NCBI GenBank assembly: GCA_950097015.1
Contig: CATNEN010000029.1
Span: forward strand, 248,001 to 312,000
DNA: 64,000 bases
Direction: 5' to 3'
DNA from: Macrostomum hystrix
Lineage: Eukaryota; Animalia; Platyhelminthes
Below, in pieces: positions 12,043 to 24,636 of the stretch. Under the pieces are notes generated by a model that did no database searches, was not told the origin of the DNA, and saw nothing but the letters and a program-made list of their open reading frames with translations. The translations under genes were made by a program, and so were the position numbers. How positions within the stretch are numbered: the stretch's first letter is position 1; every line of letters starts with the position of its first letter.

Positions 12043-13810
12043 TGCAGAAAGATGCGGATGGGGCTGCAGAAAGATGCGGATGGGGATGCAGAAAGATGCG
12101 GATGGGGATGCAGAAAGATGCGGATGGGGCTGCAGAAAGATGCGGATGGGGCTGCAGAAAGATGCGGATGGGGCTGCAGAAAGATGCGGATGGGGCTGCA
12201 GAAAGATGCGGATGGGGCTGCAGAAAGATGCGGATGGGGCTGCAGAAAGATGCGGATGGGGATGCAGAAAGATGCGGATGGGGATGCAGAAAGATGCGGA
12301 TGGGGCTGCAGAAAGATGCGGATGGGGATGCAGAAAGATGCGGATGGGGATGCAGAAAGATGCGGATGGGGCTGCAGAAAGATGCGGGATGCAGAAAGAT
12401 GCGGATGGGGCTGCAGAAAGATGCGGATGGGGCTGCAGAAAGATGCGGATGGGGCTGCAGAAAGATGCGGATGGGGCTGCAGAAAGATGCGGATGGGGCT
12501 GCAGAAAGATGCGGATGGGGCTGCAGAAAGATGCGGATGGGGCTGCAGAAAGACGCGGATGGGGCTGCAGAAAGATGCGGATGGGGATGCAGAAAGATGC
12601 GGATGGGGATGCAGAAAGATGCGGATGGGGATGCAGAAACATGCGGATGGGGATGCAGAAAGATGCGGTTGGGGATGCAGAAAGATGCGGATGGGGCTGC
12701 AGAAAGATGCGGATGGGGATGCAGAAAGATGCGGATGGGGATGCAGAAAGATGCGGATGGGGCTGCAGAAAGATGCGGATGGGGCTGCAGAAAGATGCGG
12801 GATGCAGAAAGATGCGGATGGGGCTGCAGAAAGATGCGGATGGGGCTGCAGAAAGATGCGGATGGGGATGCATAAAGATGCGGATGGGGATGCAGAAAGA
12901 TGCGGATGGGGATGCAGAAACATGCGGATGGGGATGCAGAAAGATGCGGTTGGGGATGCAGAAAGATGCGGATGGGGCTGCAGAAAGATGCGGATGGGGA
13001 TGCAGAAAGATGCGGATGGGGATGCAGAAAGATGCAGAGAATGCAGAAAGATGCGGATGGGGCTGCAGAAAGATGCGGATGGGGATGCAGAAAGATGCGG
13101 ACGGGGCTGCAGAAAGATGCGGATGGGGATGCAGAAAGATGCGGTTGGGGATGCAGAAAGATGCGGATGGGGATGCAGAAAGATGCAGAGAATGCAGAAA
13201 GATGCGGATGGGGCTGCAGAAAGATGCGGATGTGGATGCAGAAAGATGCGGATGGGTATGCAGAAACATGCGGATGGGGATGCAGAAAGATGCGGATGGG
13301 GATGCAGAAAGATGCAGAGAATGCAGAAAGATGCGGATGGGGCTGCAGAAAGATGCGGATGTGGATGCAGAAAGATGCGGATGGGGATGCAGAAACATGC
13401 GGATGGGGATGCAGAAAGATGCGGATGGGGATGCAGAAAGATGCGGATGGGGCTGCAGAAAGATGCGGATGGGGCTGCAGAAAGATGCGGATGGGGATGC
13501 AGAAAGATGCAGAGAATGCAGAAAGATGCGGATGTGGCTGCAGATAGATGCGGATGGGGATGCAGAAAGATGCGGATGGGGATGCAGAAAGATGCGGATG
13601 GGGATGCAGAAAGATGCAGAGAATGCAGAAAGATGCGGATGTGGCTGCAGATAGATGCGGATGTGGATGCAGAAAGATGCGGATGGGGATGCAGAAAGAT
13701 GCGGATGGGGATGCAGAAAGATGCGGATGGGGCTGCAGAAAGATGCGGATGGGGCTGCAGAAAGATGCGGATGGGGATGCAGAAAGATGCAGAGAATGCA
13801 GAAAGATGCG
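12043..13810. repeat. Minisatellite, 22-bp unit
   Basis: Unit GCAGAAAGATGCGGATGGGG(A/C)T. Confidence 0.95.
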
Positions 13811-14544
13811 GAGGATGTAGGGAGAAGTGGAGGCTGCTGAAGCATTACGGAGGCTCTGCTGAATGTACTGAAAGTTGCAGTTCCTGTTGCTATGCTATAG
13901 AAGGCACTATTTGGGCAATGAAAATTAAAACCAGCACATCTCATTCTACTGCTAAATGTGTCTTGCACCTTGCCTGAAGTTGATTGTGCAATTAAAATAG
14001 CCATTAGTCGTATTTTCAGATGTCGCATTTTCCATTATCACTAAAGCTAGTCTTCAAAGTCTGATTTGCCAAGATTTTCCATCATTTCTCGGACAAAGGC
14101 CTGCTGGATGCAATCCTGCCGGGCATAGTGGTTTTGGCAGACTGCTGTCGCCGCACTAAAAGCCGGCGCACTTCACTTTTGTCCATCCGATACTCCGCTG
14201 TCAAAACAGACGGACAGACGGACTGTAGGCTGTTCTTGTCCGCTGCGCCACCTGACACGCCCAGGCTCTTAAGCGGTGTTTGGACATGATGCCAGCTTCA
14301 CTACCTGCTTATTTACTTTGCTTGTGTACCTGCGACGGGTCCTATTTCCCAATCCTCAGCGTTTGATGCCGGCCTAAGGTTAAAGGAATTGAATCTACAG
14401 CTACAGCGCTTGTAAAATAAGCACCAATGTGAAATGCAGAAGACAGTCGACAAGCAATGGGTAAACAGAGACGCGAATGGTGTGGAGATTCTGATTCTGG
14501 GAGAGGTCATGGAGGTAGAACGGTGGGTGGGGGACGCAGGGTTG

Positions 14545-15385
14545 CTGAGAGATGCAGGGTGTGTGAGAGATGCAGGGTGTGTGAGAGATTCATGGTGTGT
14601 GAGAGATGCAGGCTGGGTGAGAGAAGATGTAGGCTGGGTGAGAGAAGATGCAGGCTGGGTGAGAGAAGATGTAGGCTGGGTGAGAGAAGATGCAGGTTGG
14701 GTGAGAGAAGATGTAGGCTGGGTGAGAGAAGATGCAGGTTGGGTGAGAGAAGATGTAGGCTGGGTGAGAGAAGATGTAGGCTGGGTGAGAGAAGATGTAG
14801 GCTGGGTGAGAGAAGATGTAGGCTGGGTGAGAGAAGATGCAGGTTGGGTGAGAGAAGATGTAGGCTGGGTGAGAGAAGATGCAGGTTGGGTGAGAGAAGA
14901 TGCAGGTTGGGTGAGAGAAGATGTAGGCTGGGTGAGAGAAGATGTAGGCTGGGTGAGAGAAGATGTAGGCTGGGTGAGAGAAGATGTAGGCTGGGTGAGA
15001 GAAGATGCAGGTTGGGTGAGAGAAGATGTAGGCTGGGTGAGAGAAGATGTAGGCTGGGTGAGAGAAGATGCAGGTTGGGTGAGAGAAGATGTAGGCTGGG
15101 TGAGAGAAGATGCAGGTTGGGTGAGAGAAGATGCAGGTTGGGTGAGAGAAGATGTAGGCTGGGTGAGAGAAGATGTAGGCTGGGTGAGAGAAGATGCAGG
15201 TTGGGTGAGAGAAGATGATGTAGGCTGGGTGAGAGAAGATGCAGGTTGGGTGAGAGAAGATGCAGGTTGGGTGAGAGAAGATGTAGGCTGGGTGAGAGAA
15301 GATGTAGGCTGGGTGAGAGATGCAGGGTGTGTGAGAGATGCAGGGTGTGTGAGGGTTGCAGGGTGGATGAGAGATGCAGGGTGTG
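14545..15385. repeat. Minisatellite, 21-bp unit, with 18-bp related flanking units
   Basis: Unit GGGTGAGAGAAGATGTAGGCT; flanks GAGAGATGCAGGGTGTGT. Confidence 0.93.
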
Positions 15386-15756
15386 GGATTAAAGAGGGTT
15401 GGGAAGCAGTACAGAGACATTAGCAAGAGCAAAACAGAATGCGCTGTGAGTACAGGTCGTAGGTGTGCAAGGAGTCCATTGGGTGAAAGTGAGCTTGGAA
15501 CAGCATGTTTGAAAGCCGTGCGCGGCCATAAGCAGAAACGGCCCCCCAGATGGGCAAATTCGCATTGATGATTCGCGTCACGCAACTGACAGCCGTTCGT
15601 CCGAGGATCGGAATGGGGCATTCAGCCTCATCTTTCATCTCAATTTATTTCCTACGGTTTCAGCATTATAAAAAAAGCAATAACTGGAGGTAACAGAAAA
15701 AATGAGCTGAAAAATATTCCAACCTCGATTTGATTTCCACACTAATCTAATCTCAT

Positions 15757-16040
15757 CAATCACTCACTAGTCTACTCAAATCACTCATTGGTCTACTCAA
15801 ATCACTCACTGGTCTACTCAAATCACTCATTGGTCTACTCAAATCACTCACTGGTCTACTCAAATCACTCACTGGTCTACTCAAATCACTCACTGGTCTA
15901 CTCAAATCACTCACTGGTCTACTCAAATCACTCACTGGTCTACTCAAATCACTCACTGGTCTACTCAAATCACTCACTGGTCTACTCAAATCACTCACTG
16001 GTCTACTCAAATCACTCACTGGTCTACTCAAATCACTCAA
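15757..16040. repeat. Minisatellite, 21-bp unit, about 13 copies
   Basis: Unit CACTGGTCTACTCAAATCACT. Confidence 0.95.
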
Positions 16041-16242
16041 AGGTCAAGCTTGAATTCTTAGTGTTCTCTAGGTGAAACAATGTGATAATGAAATTCACTT
16101 TATGAAGAACAACAGCAGCCACTGCTCAGTCGAGCATACTCTTCAATTAAAACTGTGATACAGGCTTTAAAAAGATTACTCTGCCCTTTAATTTAAACTC
16201 CAGTAAAAAACATGGATGCTGCATTCTTCAAATTTTTTTTGT

Positions 16243-16432
16243 GGTCTCCCCAGTCCGCAGCCTCCATCCAGCTACATCCTGGTCTCCCCAGTCCGCAGCC
16301 TCCATCCAGCTACATCCTGGTCTCCCCAGTCCGCAGCCTCCATCCAGCTACATCCTGGTCTCCCCAGTCCGCAGCCTCCATCCAGCTACATCCTGGTCTC
16401 CCCAGTCCGCAGCCTCCATCCAGCTACATCCT
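16243..16432. repeat. 38-bp tandem repeat at the stop codon/3' UTR of SLC23 paralog A, about 5 copies
   Basis: Unit GGTCTCCCCAGTCCGCAGCCTCCATCCAGCTACATCCT. Confidence 0.92.
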
Positions 16433-19400
16433 GCTCTCCTGGTGTCCGCAATCCATTGCAGCCTCGGAAGGGTTCGGCAGGCTCGCTGGAAAGAGCGGCA
16501 GGCGGTGCAGGCCGGGCAGGTGGACGCTGTAGAACCTGTGGAAGGCAGCCGACTCGTAGCAGTCCACCTGCCGGCGGAGCTCCGCCTTCACCCGGTCGCC
16601 ACCGGCGACTTCGTCTTCGGCCGCATCCCGATCCACCTCCAGACCTCGCTCCTTGCGTGTGCCTGAAGGCAAGGGTGCGCAAAATGTATGAACTTCGAAG
16701 ACAAATTCGGGATCCAGATTTGAATTAGATCCTTCTTAGCGTGCACCCTGGCAAAGACGTACCTGGCAGACAGCAGTCCAGCAGCAAGGCAGTTGCAGTT
16801 CCTACCAGCATCTCATTGCTGAGAAGATCCTGGCAGATGCTGACAGTGATCTCTTGGGCCGATGCTGCAATTTTGTGGATTACTTGAAGTTGCGAAGTAG
16901 GCAGTGGGGCCGGTCGATAGGTAAGTTGATTAGGTAAGAAGAAAGACTCAAGCAAACTCCTCACAGGACATTGTGGCTGCCTCGCGCTGTCGGCTCGCCT
17001 TGATATGTAGCGGCACAACAACGCCGAGGAAGACGCTGAAGCCGAACACGAACGCGTTTCTCGGCCGGTCCATCCGGACGCTCCGGAGGCTGCCCGCGGC
17101 GACGCCGCAGATGATGCCGATGGTGGACAGCAGCACGCCGCCGATGATTGGGTCGGGGATGCACACGAACAGGGCGCTGAGCTTCGGGAACAGGCCGAAC
17201 AGGAGCAGGATGGCAGAGGTCGCCTGCATCACGCGACGACTCGCCACCTTCGTCATGCTGATGGCAGCGATGTTGTTGCTGTAGGAGGTCGGTCCCACCG
17301 GCAGTCCGAACAAACCACTCACGAGGCAGCCGAAGCCCTCGGCTGCGATGCCTGCGAAGGATTTTGGAGGTTGGCGCCTGCGCTTCTGAAACGCTTTGTT
17401 GGAAATCCAAGGACTTTACACTATGCTATGTTCGTATAATGCTTTTACGCCGAGCAAGTTGAATGATGAACTTCCATGACTTTTTAGGAAAAAAATCCTA
17501 ATAGCAAAAAATCACCAAAATAGGCATCCATTTTTCGCTCACAAAATTTCATCATGTCACCATGTCGGCTGTTATTGTTGAGTATTTTATATTATTATAT
17601 AGGTAAGTAATATATTATTGAACCGATATGGGTTCGCCATAGAGGTTTATACGAAGCAATGTCAGTTGTCCTTGTCACCAGATCTTCGAAAAGAATCACC
17701 GAGTACCTCGATAATGATGACTCAAAGGCTTTTAATGCGCAAAATTCTGGTGGTGCACTTTCTACGAAATCGGTCATTCGGTTTCGGAGCTATCGTGAAG
17801 TAGGCAGTGGGTATTCGAAACACTCCCGCCATCTTTCCCCAGAGAAAAGTTGACCCATTCTTGACGCCAATGTTTTTGGATATTGGTCTTGCTGGATGTC
17901 TGTCTGTGGTGCTTGCTTTTGCAATGGGTAACCTTGGTCGCAGTTTCCCGTGATTTGTTTATGGCACGAACCGTATTCATGAATGGGCGGACTATGACTA
18001 AATGAAACATTTTCGTGGGCAAAGTTGATTAAATTTTTGGGAAAAATGACTAGCCTGTACTCATTCGCAAGAAAGTGACAATGTGCTGAATGCTCTACTA
18101 TGATCAGTAGACATTCAGAGCGAGCTCACCTCGGTTCATGGGGAAGCCGACGGGACTGGCGGAGCCGCAGAACTTGGCGCAGGTCACGTAGTCGCCGATG
18201 CTCTCCATGATGGAGACGAGAATCGCGCAGCTGACCGCCACAACGCCAGGCCCGTTGACCGACAGCCTGCCGAACTGCAGCGGGTGCGGCAGCCGGAACC
18301 AGCCGGCGTTCGCCACCGCTGACGACTTCCCGTCGGTGCGCCCGCCGTAGCCCCAGGCCTTCGGGTTGTTCGGCAGGACGTCCGTGACAGTCAGCACGTG
18401 GCACACCGAGTACATGATAGCCATGGACAACAGGATCTGCTCGGTTTAAAAAATGGCACTCATATTCTTAATAACTGTTGCTGGGTCCCAATGCTTATCC
18501 TTTAGGCTTCACCGATTAACGATTAAATTACAACTGATTGAGACCAGTTAGGACGCCTGCTTTGAGCACCTAATTGAATTAGGGCCGTAAGCCCTGGGGA
18601 GCAAGGGGGCCGCGGCCCACACTAATCGGCTGACGAAACTATTGAGGCGCCGCCTCCCCCAATCGGCTGACCCCCTGGTATTGGCTCCCCCTGGTATTGG
18701 CTCCCCCTGGTATTGGCTCCCCCTGGTATTGGCTCCCCCTGCTATTGGCTCCCCCTGGTATTGGCTCCCCCTGGTATTGGCTCCCCCTGGTATTGGCTCC
18801 CCCTGCTATTGGCTCCCCCTGGTATTGGCTCCCCCTGGTATTGGCTCCCCCTGGTATTGGCTCCCCCTAATATTGGCTCCCCCTGGTATCGGCTCCCCCT
18901 GGTATTGGCTCCCCCTGGTATTGGCTCCCCCTGGTATTGGCTCCCCCTAATATTGGCTCCCCCTGGTATTGGCTCCCCCTAGTATTGGCTCCCCCTGGTA
19001 TTGGCTCCCCCTAGTATTGGCTCCCCCTGGTATTGGCTCCCCCTGGTATTGGCTCCCCCTAGTATTGGCTCCCCCTGGTATTGGCTCCCCCTGCTATTGG
19101 CTCCCCCTAGTATTGGCTCCCCCTGGTATTGGCTCCCCCTGGTATTGGCTCCCCCTGGTATTGGCTCCCCCTGGTATTGGCTCCCCCTGGTATTGGCTCC
19201 CCCTGGTATTGGCTCCCCCTAGTATTGGCTCCCCCTGGTATTGGCTCCCCCTGCTATTGGCTCCCCCTAGTATTGGCTCCCCCTGGTATTGGCTCCCCCT
19301 GGTATTGGCTCCCCCTAGTATTGGCTCCCCCTGGTATTGGCTCCCCCTAGTATTGGCTCCCCCTGGTATTGGCTCCCCTAGTATTGGCTCCCCCTGGTAT

Positions 19401-22400
19401 TGGCTCCCCCTGGTATTGGCTCCCCCTAGTATTGGCTCCCCCTGGTATTGGCTCCCCCTAGTATTGGCTCCCCCTGGTATTGGCTCCCCCTGGTATTGGC
19501 TCCCCCTAGTATTGGCTCCCCCTGGTATTGGCTCCCCCTGCTATTGGCTCCCCCTAGTATTGGCTCCCCCTGGTATTGGCTCCCCCTGGTATTGGCTCCC
19601 CCTGGTATTGGCTCCCCCTGGTATTGGCTCCCCCTGGTATTGGCTCCCCCTGGTATTGGCTCCCCCTAGTATTGGCTCCCCCTGGTATTGGCTCCCCCTG
19701 CTATTGGCTCCCCCTAGTATTGGCTCCCCCTGGTATTGGCTCCCCCTGGTATTGGCTCCCCCTAGTATTGGCTCCCCCTGGTATTGGCTCCCCCTAGTAT
19801 TGGCTCCCCCTGGTATTGGCTCCCCTAGTATTGGCTCCCCCTGGTATTGGCTCCCCCTGGTATTGGCTCCCCCTGGTATTGGCTCCCCCTAGTATTGGCT
19901 CCCCCTGGTATTGGCTCCCCCTGGTATTGGCTCCCCTAGTATTGGCTCCCCCTAGTATTGGCTCCCCCTAGTATTGGCTCCCCCTAGTATTGCCTCCCCC
20001 TGGTATTGGCTCCCCTAGTATTGGCTCCCCCTAGTATTGGCTCCCCCTAGTATTGCCTCCCCCTGGTATTGGCTCCCCCTGGTATTGCCTCCCCCTAGTA
20101 TTGGCTCCCCCTGGTATTGGCTCCCCCTGGTATTGGCTCCCCTAGTATTGGCTCCCCCTAGTATTGGCTCCCCCTGGTATTGGCTCCGCCTAGTATTGGC
20201 TCCCCCTGGTATCGGCTCCCCCTGGTATTGGCTCCCCCTGGTATCGGCTCCAACCCCCAAAGGCGCGGATTTTACAAGAAGAAAATCATGGCTACGCCAG
20301 GATTGACTCACCGGCAACGCTGAAAACACGGCGATTCGGGCCACTCGAATCCTTCGCTGTTGAAACGAAAAGTGGGGAATGGGGACTTGAACCCGATCAA
20401 CCCCGTAGGTGAACAAAATGATTAAGATGCAGCACCTGGAACAGATTAGACGGCTGTTTGTCAGGTGAATTAAAATTTACTTGAACCTGCTCTAAATATT
20501 ATGTTCTTGTCACTCACGCCATCGCCAGATAGAACTGCGGCGCACACAGCTTCAGGACGGCACCCATGACGCTGAAGCCGATGAGGAAGATGGTCGGCGC
20601 CACCACCAGCGGGCTGACGAAGTGCAGCAGGCGACTCATCACCCCGGTGCTCCCGATGAGAAGCTGCAAGATGGAGCCGACCGCGATGGTGCCGGCCACC
20701 TGGCCGATGCGCGAGTGCCACAGCTGCTCGCCCGACTGCGGCAGCACCGTTGTGCCGTTCTCCAGGGTCCCGTTGCCTGGAGTAACCAGGTGTGATTACC
20801 AGAGGCCATGAGTTAAGATAGAGGTAGAAAGGTAACCTAAGTCTTTGTGTTAGCAGGTTATCAAATTAAGAATATTTGCTGACTTTTTGGTTTGCTAGTT
20901 AGTTACGAGCGTTGTTACTTTCGTTTGGTTTGCTAGTTAGTTACGAGCGTAGTTACTTTCGTTTGGTTTGCTAGTTAGTTACGAGCGTAGTTACTTTTGT
21001 TTGGTTTGCTAGTTAGTTACGAGCGTTGTTACTGTCGTTTGGTTTGCTAGTTAGTTACGAGCGTTGTTACTTTCGTTTGGTTTGCTAGTTAGTTACGAGC
21101 GTTGTTACTTTTGTTTGGTTTGCTAGTTAGTTACGAGCGTTGTTACTTTCGTTTGGTTTGCTAGTTAGTTACGAGCGTTGTTACTTTCGTTTGGTTTGCT
21201 AGTTAGTTACGAGCGTTGTTACTTTCGTTTGGTTTGCTAGTTAGTTACGAGCATAGTTACTTTCGTTTGGTTTGCTAGTTAGTTACGAGCGTAGTTACTT
21301 TTGTTTGGTTTGCTAGTTAGTTACGAGCGTTGTTACTTTCGTTTGGTTTGCTAGTTAGTTACGAGCGTTGTTACTTTCGTTTGGTTTGCTTGGTTAGTAA
21401 GCTTGGTGCCCAATGGTCAGAAGTTCGAATCGCATCCTAAACTAAACAATATTGTGTACGTTAGCAAGACACTTAATTCCCTCCTCAGTGCTTCAGTTCA
21501 TACGGCTGTATTAATAGTACCAGTATGAATACGAGAAATTTGTGTTCGTACGTCTGCCCCCCCACTCCATAGACAGAACAGCTGCACAAAGCCTTTGGAA
21601 GAGCCGTGCAATAGCTGCGGCTGTACCACTGGCCCATGAAATCAAAGTTATTTCCAGCCGAGATTTACCAACGAGCTTCAAGTCAGGGCAAACCGAGACG
21701 TCGCTGGCCATGATTCCAACGGCCACTGGATAAAAAACAATGCTTGGTCCCTGGGCAATGGGCAGCCTGATGCCAAGGCTGCATTGTACCAGGGTCGTGA
21801 TGCCCATCACGAAGAAGCAGGAGGCGATGAGGTTCGACTTGTCCACCTCGTCCTGCACGCAGGCGGCCTCGAACAAGATGATGACACCGAAGGCGCAGCC
21901 GCTGCTCATGATGATGAAGTGCTGGAAGCCCAGCAGCAGCGTCAGGTACCATCTGGGGTTGTCGTTCAGCCCGTAGGTCAGGCGCAGAGCTTTGGTTTAG
22001 CGAGTGGGATAATCAGGTGTTGGAAGTCTGCTTTAAAAGTACATTTAGCTAATGTGATGATGTGATGATGGCCTGAGTACCCTGAGACAGAACTCTGCAA
22101 TATCCGTTTCACGGGCCTCAAAACAAACATCTCGTGGGCCTTTGTAACAAACATTTATGTATGCTTCATTGATTGAGGTTGAGTTAATGCTAAAATTGTT
22201 GGTTCAGTCAACCCTGATCAGATCAAAATTATCTCTTCAATAACTGTGAAGAGTAATTTTAAGTTCGTCTATCTAGAACTATTTTGAGTAGCTGCTCACG
22301 AAACCACTGCAATCACATTCTTCCATCTAGAACTATTTCGAGTAGCTGCTCACGAAACCACTGCAATCACATTCTTCCATCTAGAACTATTTTGAGTAGC

Positions 22401-23215
22401 TGCTCACGAAACCACTGCAATCACATTCTTCCACCTAGAACTATTTTGAGTAGCTGCTCACGAAACCACTGCAATCACATTCTTCCATCTAGAACTATTT
22501 TGAGTAGCTGCTCAAGAAACCACTGCAATCACATTCTTCCATCTAGAACTATTTCGAGTAGCTGCTCACGAAACCACTGCAATCACATTCTTCCATCTAG
22601 AACTATTTTGAGTAGCTGCTCACGAAACCACTGCAATCACATTCTTCCATCTAGAACTATTTTGAGTAGCTGCTCACGAAACCACTGCAATCACATTCTT
22701 CCACCTAGAACTATTTTGAGTAGCTGCTCACGAAACCACTGCAATCACATTCTTCCATCTAGAACTATTTTGAGTAGCTGCTCAAGAAACCACTGCAATC
22801 ACATTCTTCCATCTAGAACTATTTCGAGTAGCTGCTCACGAAACCACTGCAATCACATTCTTCCATCTAGAACTATTTTGAGTAGCTGCTCACGAAACCA
22901 CTGCAATCACATTCTTCCATCTAGAACTATTTTGAGTAGCTGCTCAAGAAACCACTGCAATCACATTCTTCCATCTAGAACTATTTTGAGTAGCTGCTCA
23001 CGAAACCACTGCAATCACATTCTTCCATCTAGAACTTTTTTGAGTAGCTGCTCACGAAACCACTGCAATCACATTCTTCCATCTAGAACTATTTTGAGTA
23101 GCTGCTCAAGAAACCTCTCAAATCACACAGTACAATCCTCACCGCCGAGAGCCGCATGCTTCTCATTGTCAGGATGGCCCGTCTTGAGCGCCTGCATTTC
23201 CGTGGCGTCAGCCAT
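16424..23215 (-). CDS. SLC23A: SLC23/NAT (NCS2) nucleobase-ascorbate transporter, paralog A; 8 exons, 603 aa predicted
   Basis: Exons 23215-23143, 21989-21669, 20776-20518, 20435-20312, 18436-18130, 17351-16965, 16864-16763, 16662-16424. Phases are compatible and total 1812 nt. Motifs: LLGFQH (TM1 QH), MESIGDY (TM8), TSYSNNIAAISMTKVASRRV (NAT signature region), PDPIIGG, RNAFVFGFS. Confidence 0.9.
18670..20250. repeat. Minisatellite, 16-bp unit, about 98 copies, in intron 4 of SLC23 paralog A
   Basis: Unit TATTGGCTCCCCCTGG. Confidence 0.95.
20886..21400. repeat. Minisatellite, 37/38-bp unit, in intron 2 of SLC23 paralog A
   Basis: Unit TTGGTTTGCTAGTTAGTTACGAGCGTTGTTACTTTCGT. Confidence 0.95.
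21406..21510 (+). mobile_element. SINE family 1, truncated copy
   Basis: GTTCGAATC followed by GTGTACGTTAGCAAGACACTTAATTC. Confidence 0.65.
22271..23115. repeat. Minisatellite, 54-bp unit, about 15 copies, in intron 1 of SLC23 paralog A
   Basis: Unit TCTAGAACTATTTTGAGTAGCTGCTCACGAAACCACTGCAATCACATTCTTCCA. Confidence 0.95.
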
Positions 23216-23731
23216 TTACAGTTAGTTTGCCCAGGTGAGTTGGGTTCTGAGTACTGAAACTTATTAAATAACAATTTGCTTCAGTGCAGTGACTCCGGCC
23301 ATTGTATATGTAGACTGAAAGTAGAGTGCAGCCCGCAGAAATTGGTTAGAACTCACCCGAAGTATACAAGCCTGTTCAGGGGATTCCTGTATTTCTACTT
23401 GGTTACTACTGGCCGTGCAACAAGCACGCGCACTGAAATATTAGTGCTGTGAGAGACCCATTCCGTGCCTATATTGGCACCCTTGTTCCTGTCTCCCTTA
23501 TCTTGGTTCCCTTGAGATAATAAATTTGCAACTGATAGTGGCTTACAATGCGAAAGCACTCGTGTTGGCTAGCTCCGCTTAGTTAAGCCTTTATCTGTAC
23601 TAAAGCAGTGAAGCGCAATCCTTAGTTTTAAGCTGTCGCTAATAATTAAAAATTATTAAAATTGTTTTGTCCTTTGTTTGGTGTTTGTGTCTGGGTCAAA
23701 GAAAACACGGTACTTGATTTTAATTTTGCGC

Positions 23732-24050
23732 AGAGGTTGTAGCCTAGTGGTTAGGGCGTCGGACTTACGACTTGAAGGTCGGGGGTTCGATTCCCGAATC
23801 TACTGGAACAATTTGTGTCCTTTAGCAAGACACTTAACTCTGCATTGCGTCAGTTCACCCAGCTGTTAAACGGGCACCAGCATCAGCTGGGATAATTGAA
23901 GGTGGGTGTGGCGTCTCCCCAGTCCATGGACTGAACGGCTGTACGCAGCCTTCAGATCCGCCGCGCAATATCTGCGGCTGTGTTGTCGGCTGCACATCTG
24001 GCCCGATTGGGACAGGTGTAATCAATTATTATTATTTATTATTATTATCT
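23732..24050 (+). mobile_element. tRNA-derived SINE family 1, near full length
   Basis: A-box TAGCCTAGTGG and B-box GGTTCGATTCC. CORE-like body GTGTCCTTTAGCAAGACACTTAAC..CACCCAGCTGTTAAA. 3' tail GGTGTAATCAATTATTATT. Homologous copies occur elsewhere in the window. Confidence 0.8.
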
Positions 24051-24636
24051 AATCTTACTCATAAATTACTCTTTGACTCCATTGTAGAGTTGATATCTAA
24101 CTGACAACTATTATATAAGCTGAAATTTGGTTTGGTATGAACTCATGCGAGTGTATTATGAAGGTCACATGCGTCCCTCAGACCTCAAATTGACATCAAA
24201 ACAATGCTGCAAATGTTAAAGTGAAAAATCAATGTCACCTCTTTATATTTTGCTATAAAATATTGGTTCGGAAGACGTTTCTAAAATTCAGTAGTAACGT
24301 AACTATTCGTGACCAGCACTTTTACTTTCCAAATATGTTTTTGAAGCGCACAGTGAGTTCTTTGTACGAAAACACTAATTAAGTAACAATAAAAGCGTCC
24401 GATTTTTGTATTTTAGTACGACTGCTTTTTCTGTGCCATGAAGAAAAAAACGTTTTTAACTTATGGCACCTAAACGCAAAATATCCTATTGCTCGTTATT
24501 ACGCTAGCCGACAATACCGACCTGTCTTTTGTGTGGTTTAGATATTGATTTGTGCCTTGTAGTGCAACTTAGCTCGTACACCCGTGGGAACCAAACACAA
24601 AGGTACAGTGAGAGTGTACTCTGCCTGGCTATAAGT

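Noticed and set aside
15420-15638. 72-aa non-repetitive ORF with coding-like composition
   Set aside because: No recognisable family and no convincing splice sites; may be distal 3' sequence of SLC23-A.
8079-16075. Very long ORFs (up to 1024 aa) in several frames; similar ORFs at 96-2371, 18642-20306, 22284-23225, 29563-30082, 33619-34735, 38641-39896 and 47956-48720
   Set aside because: They coincide exactly with minisatellites whose units lack stops, are open in several frames and both strands, and have no non-repetitive domain.
22271-23115. CRISPR-like appearance of regular 37-54-bp repeats (also 20886-21400 and 44381-44714)
   Set aside because: Units are head-to-tail with no unique spacers, there are no cas genes, and the context is a eukaryotic intron.
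23732-23805. Possible tRNA gene
   Set aside because: A and B boxes are present but the anticodon and acceptor stems pair poorly, and the sequence continues into a SINE body found in several copies.
23912-23951. The 38-bp SLC23 3' repeat matches SINE family 1 (GTCTCCCCAGTCC + GCAGCCT, with a gap of about 19 nt)
   Set aside because: Only 20 nt in two pieces; suggestive of a SINE origin but not distinguishable from chance by eye.
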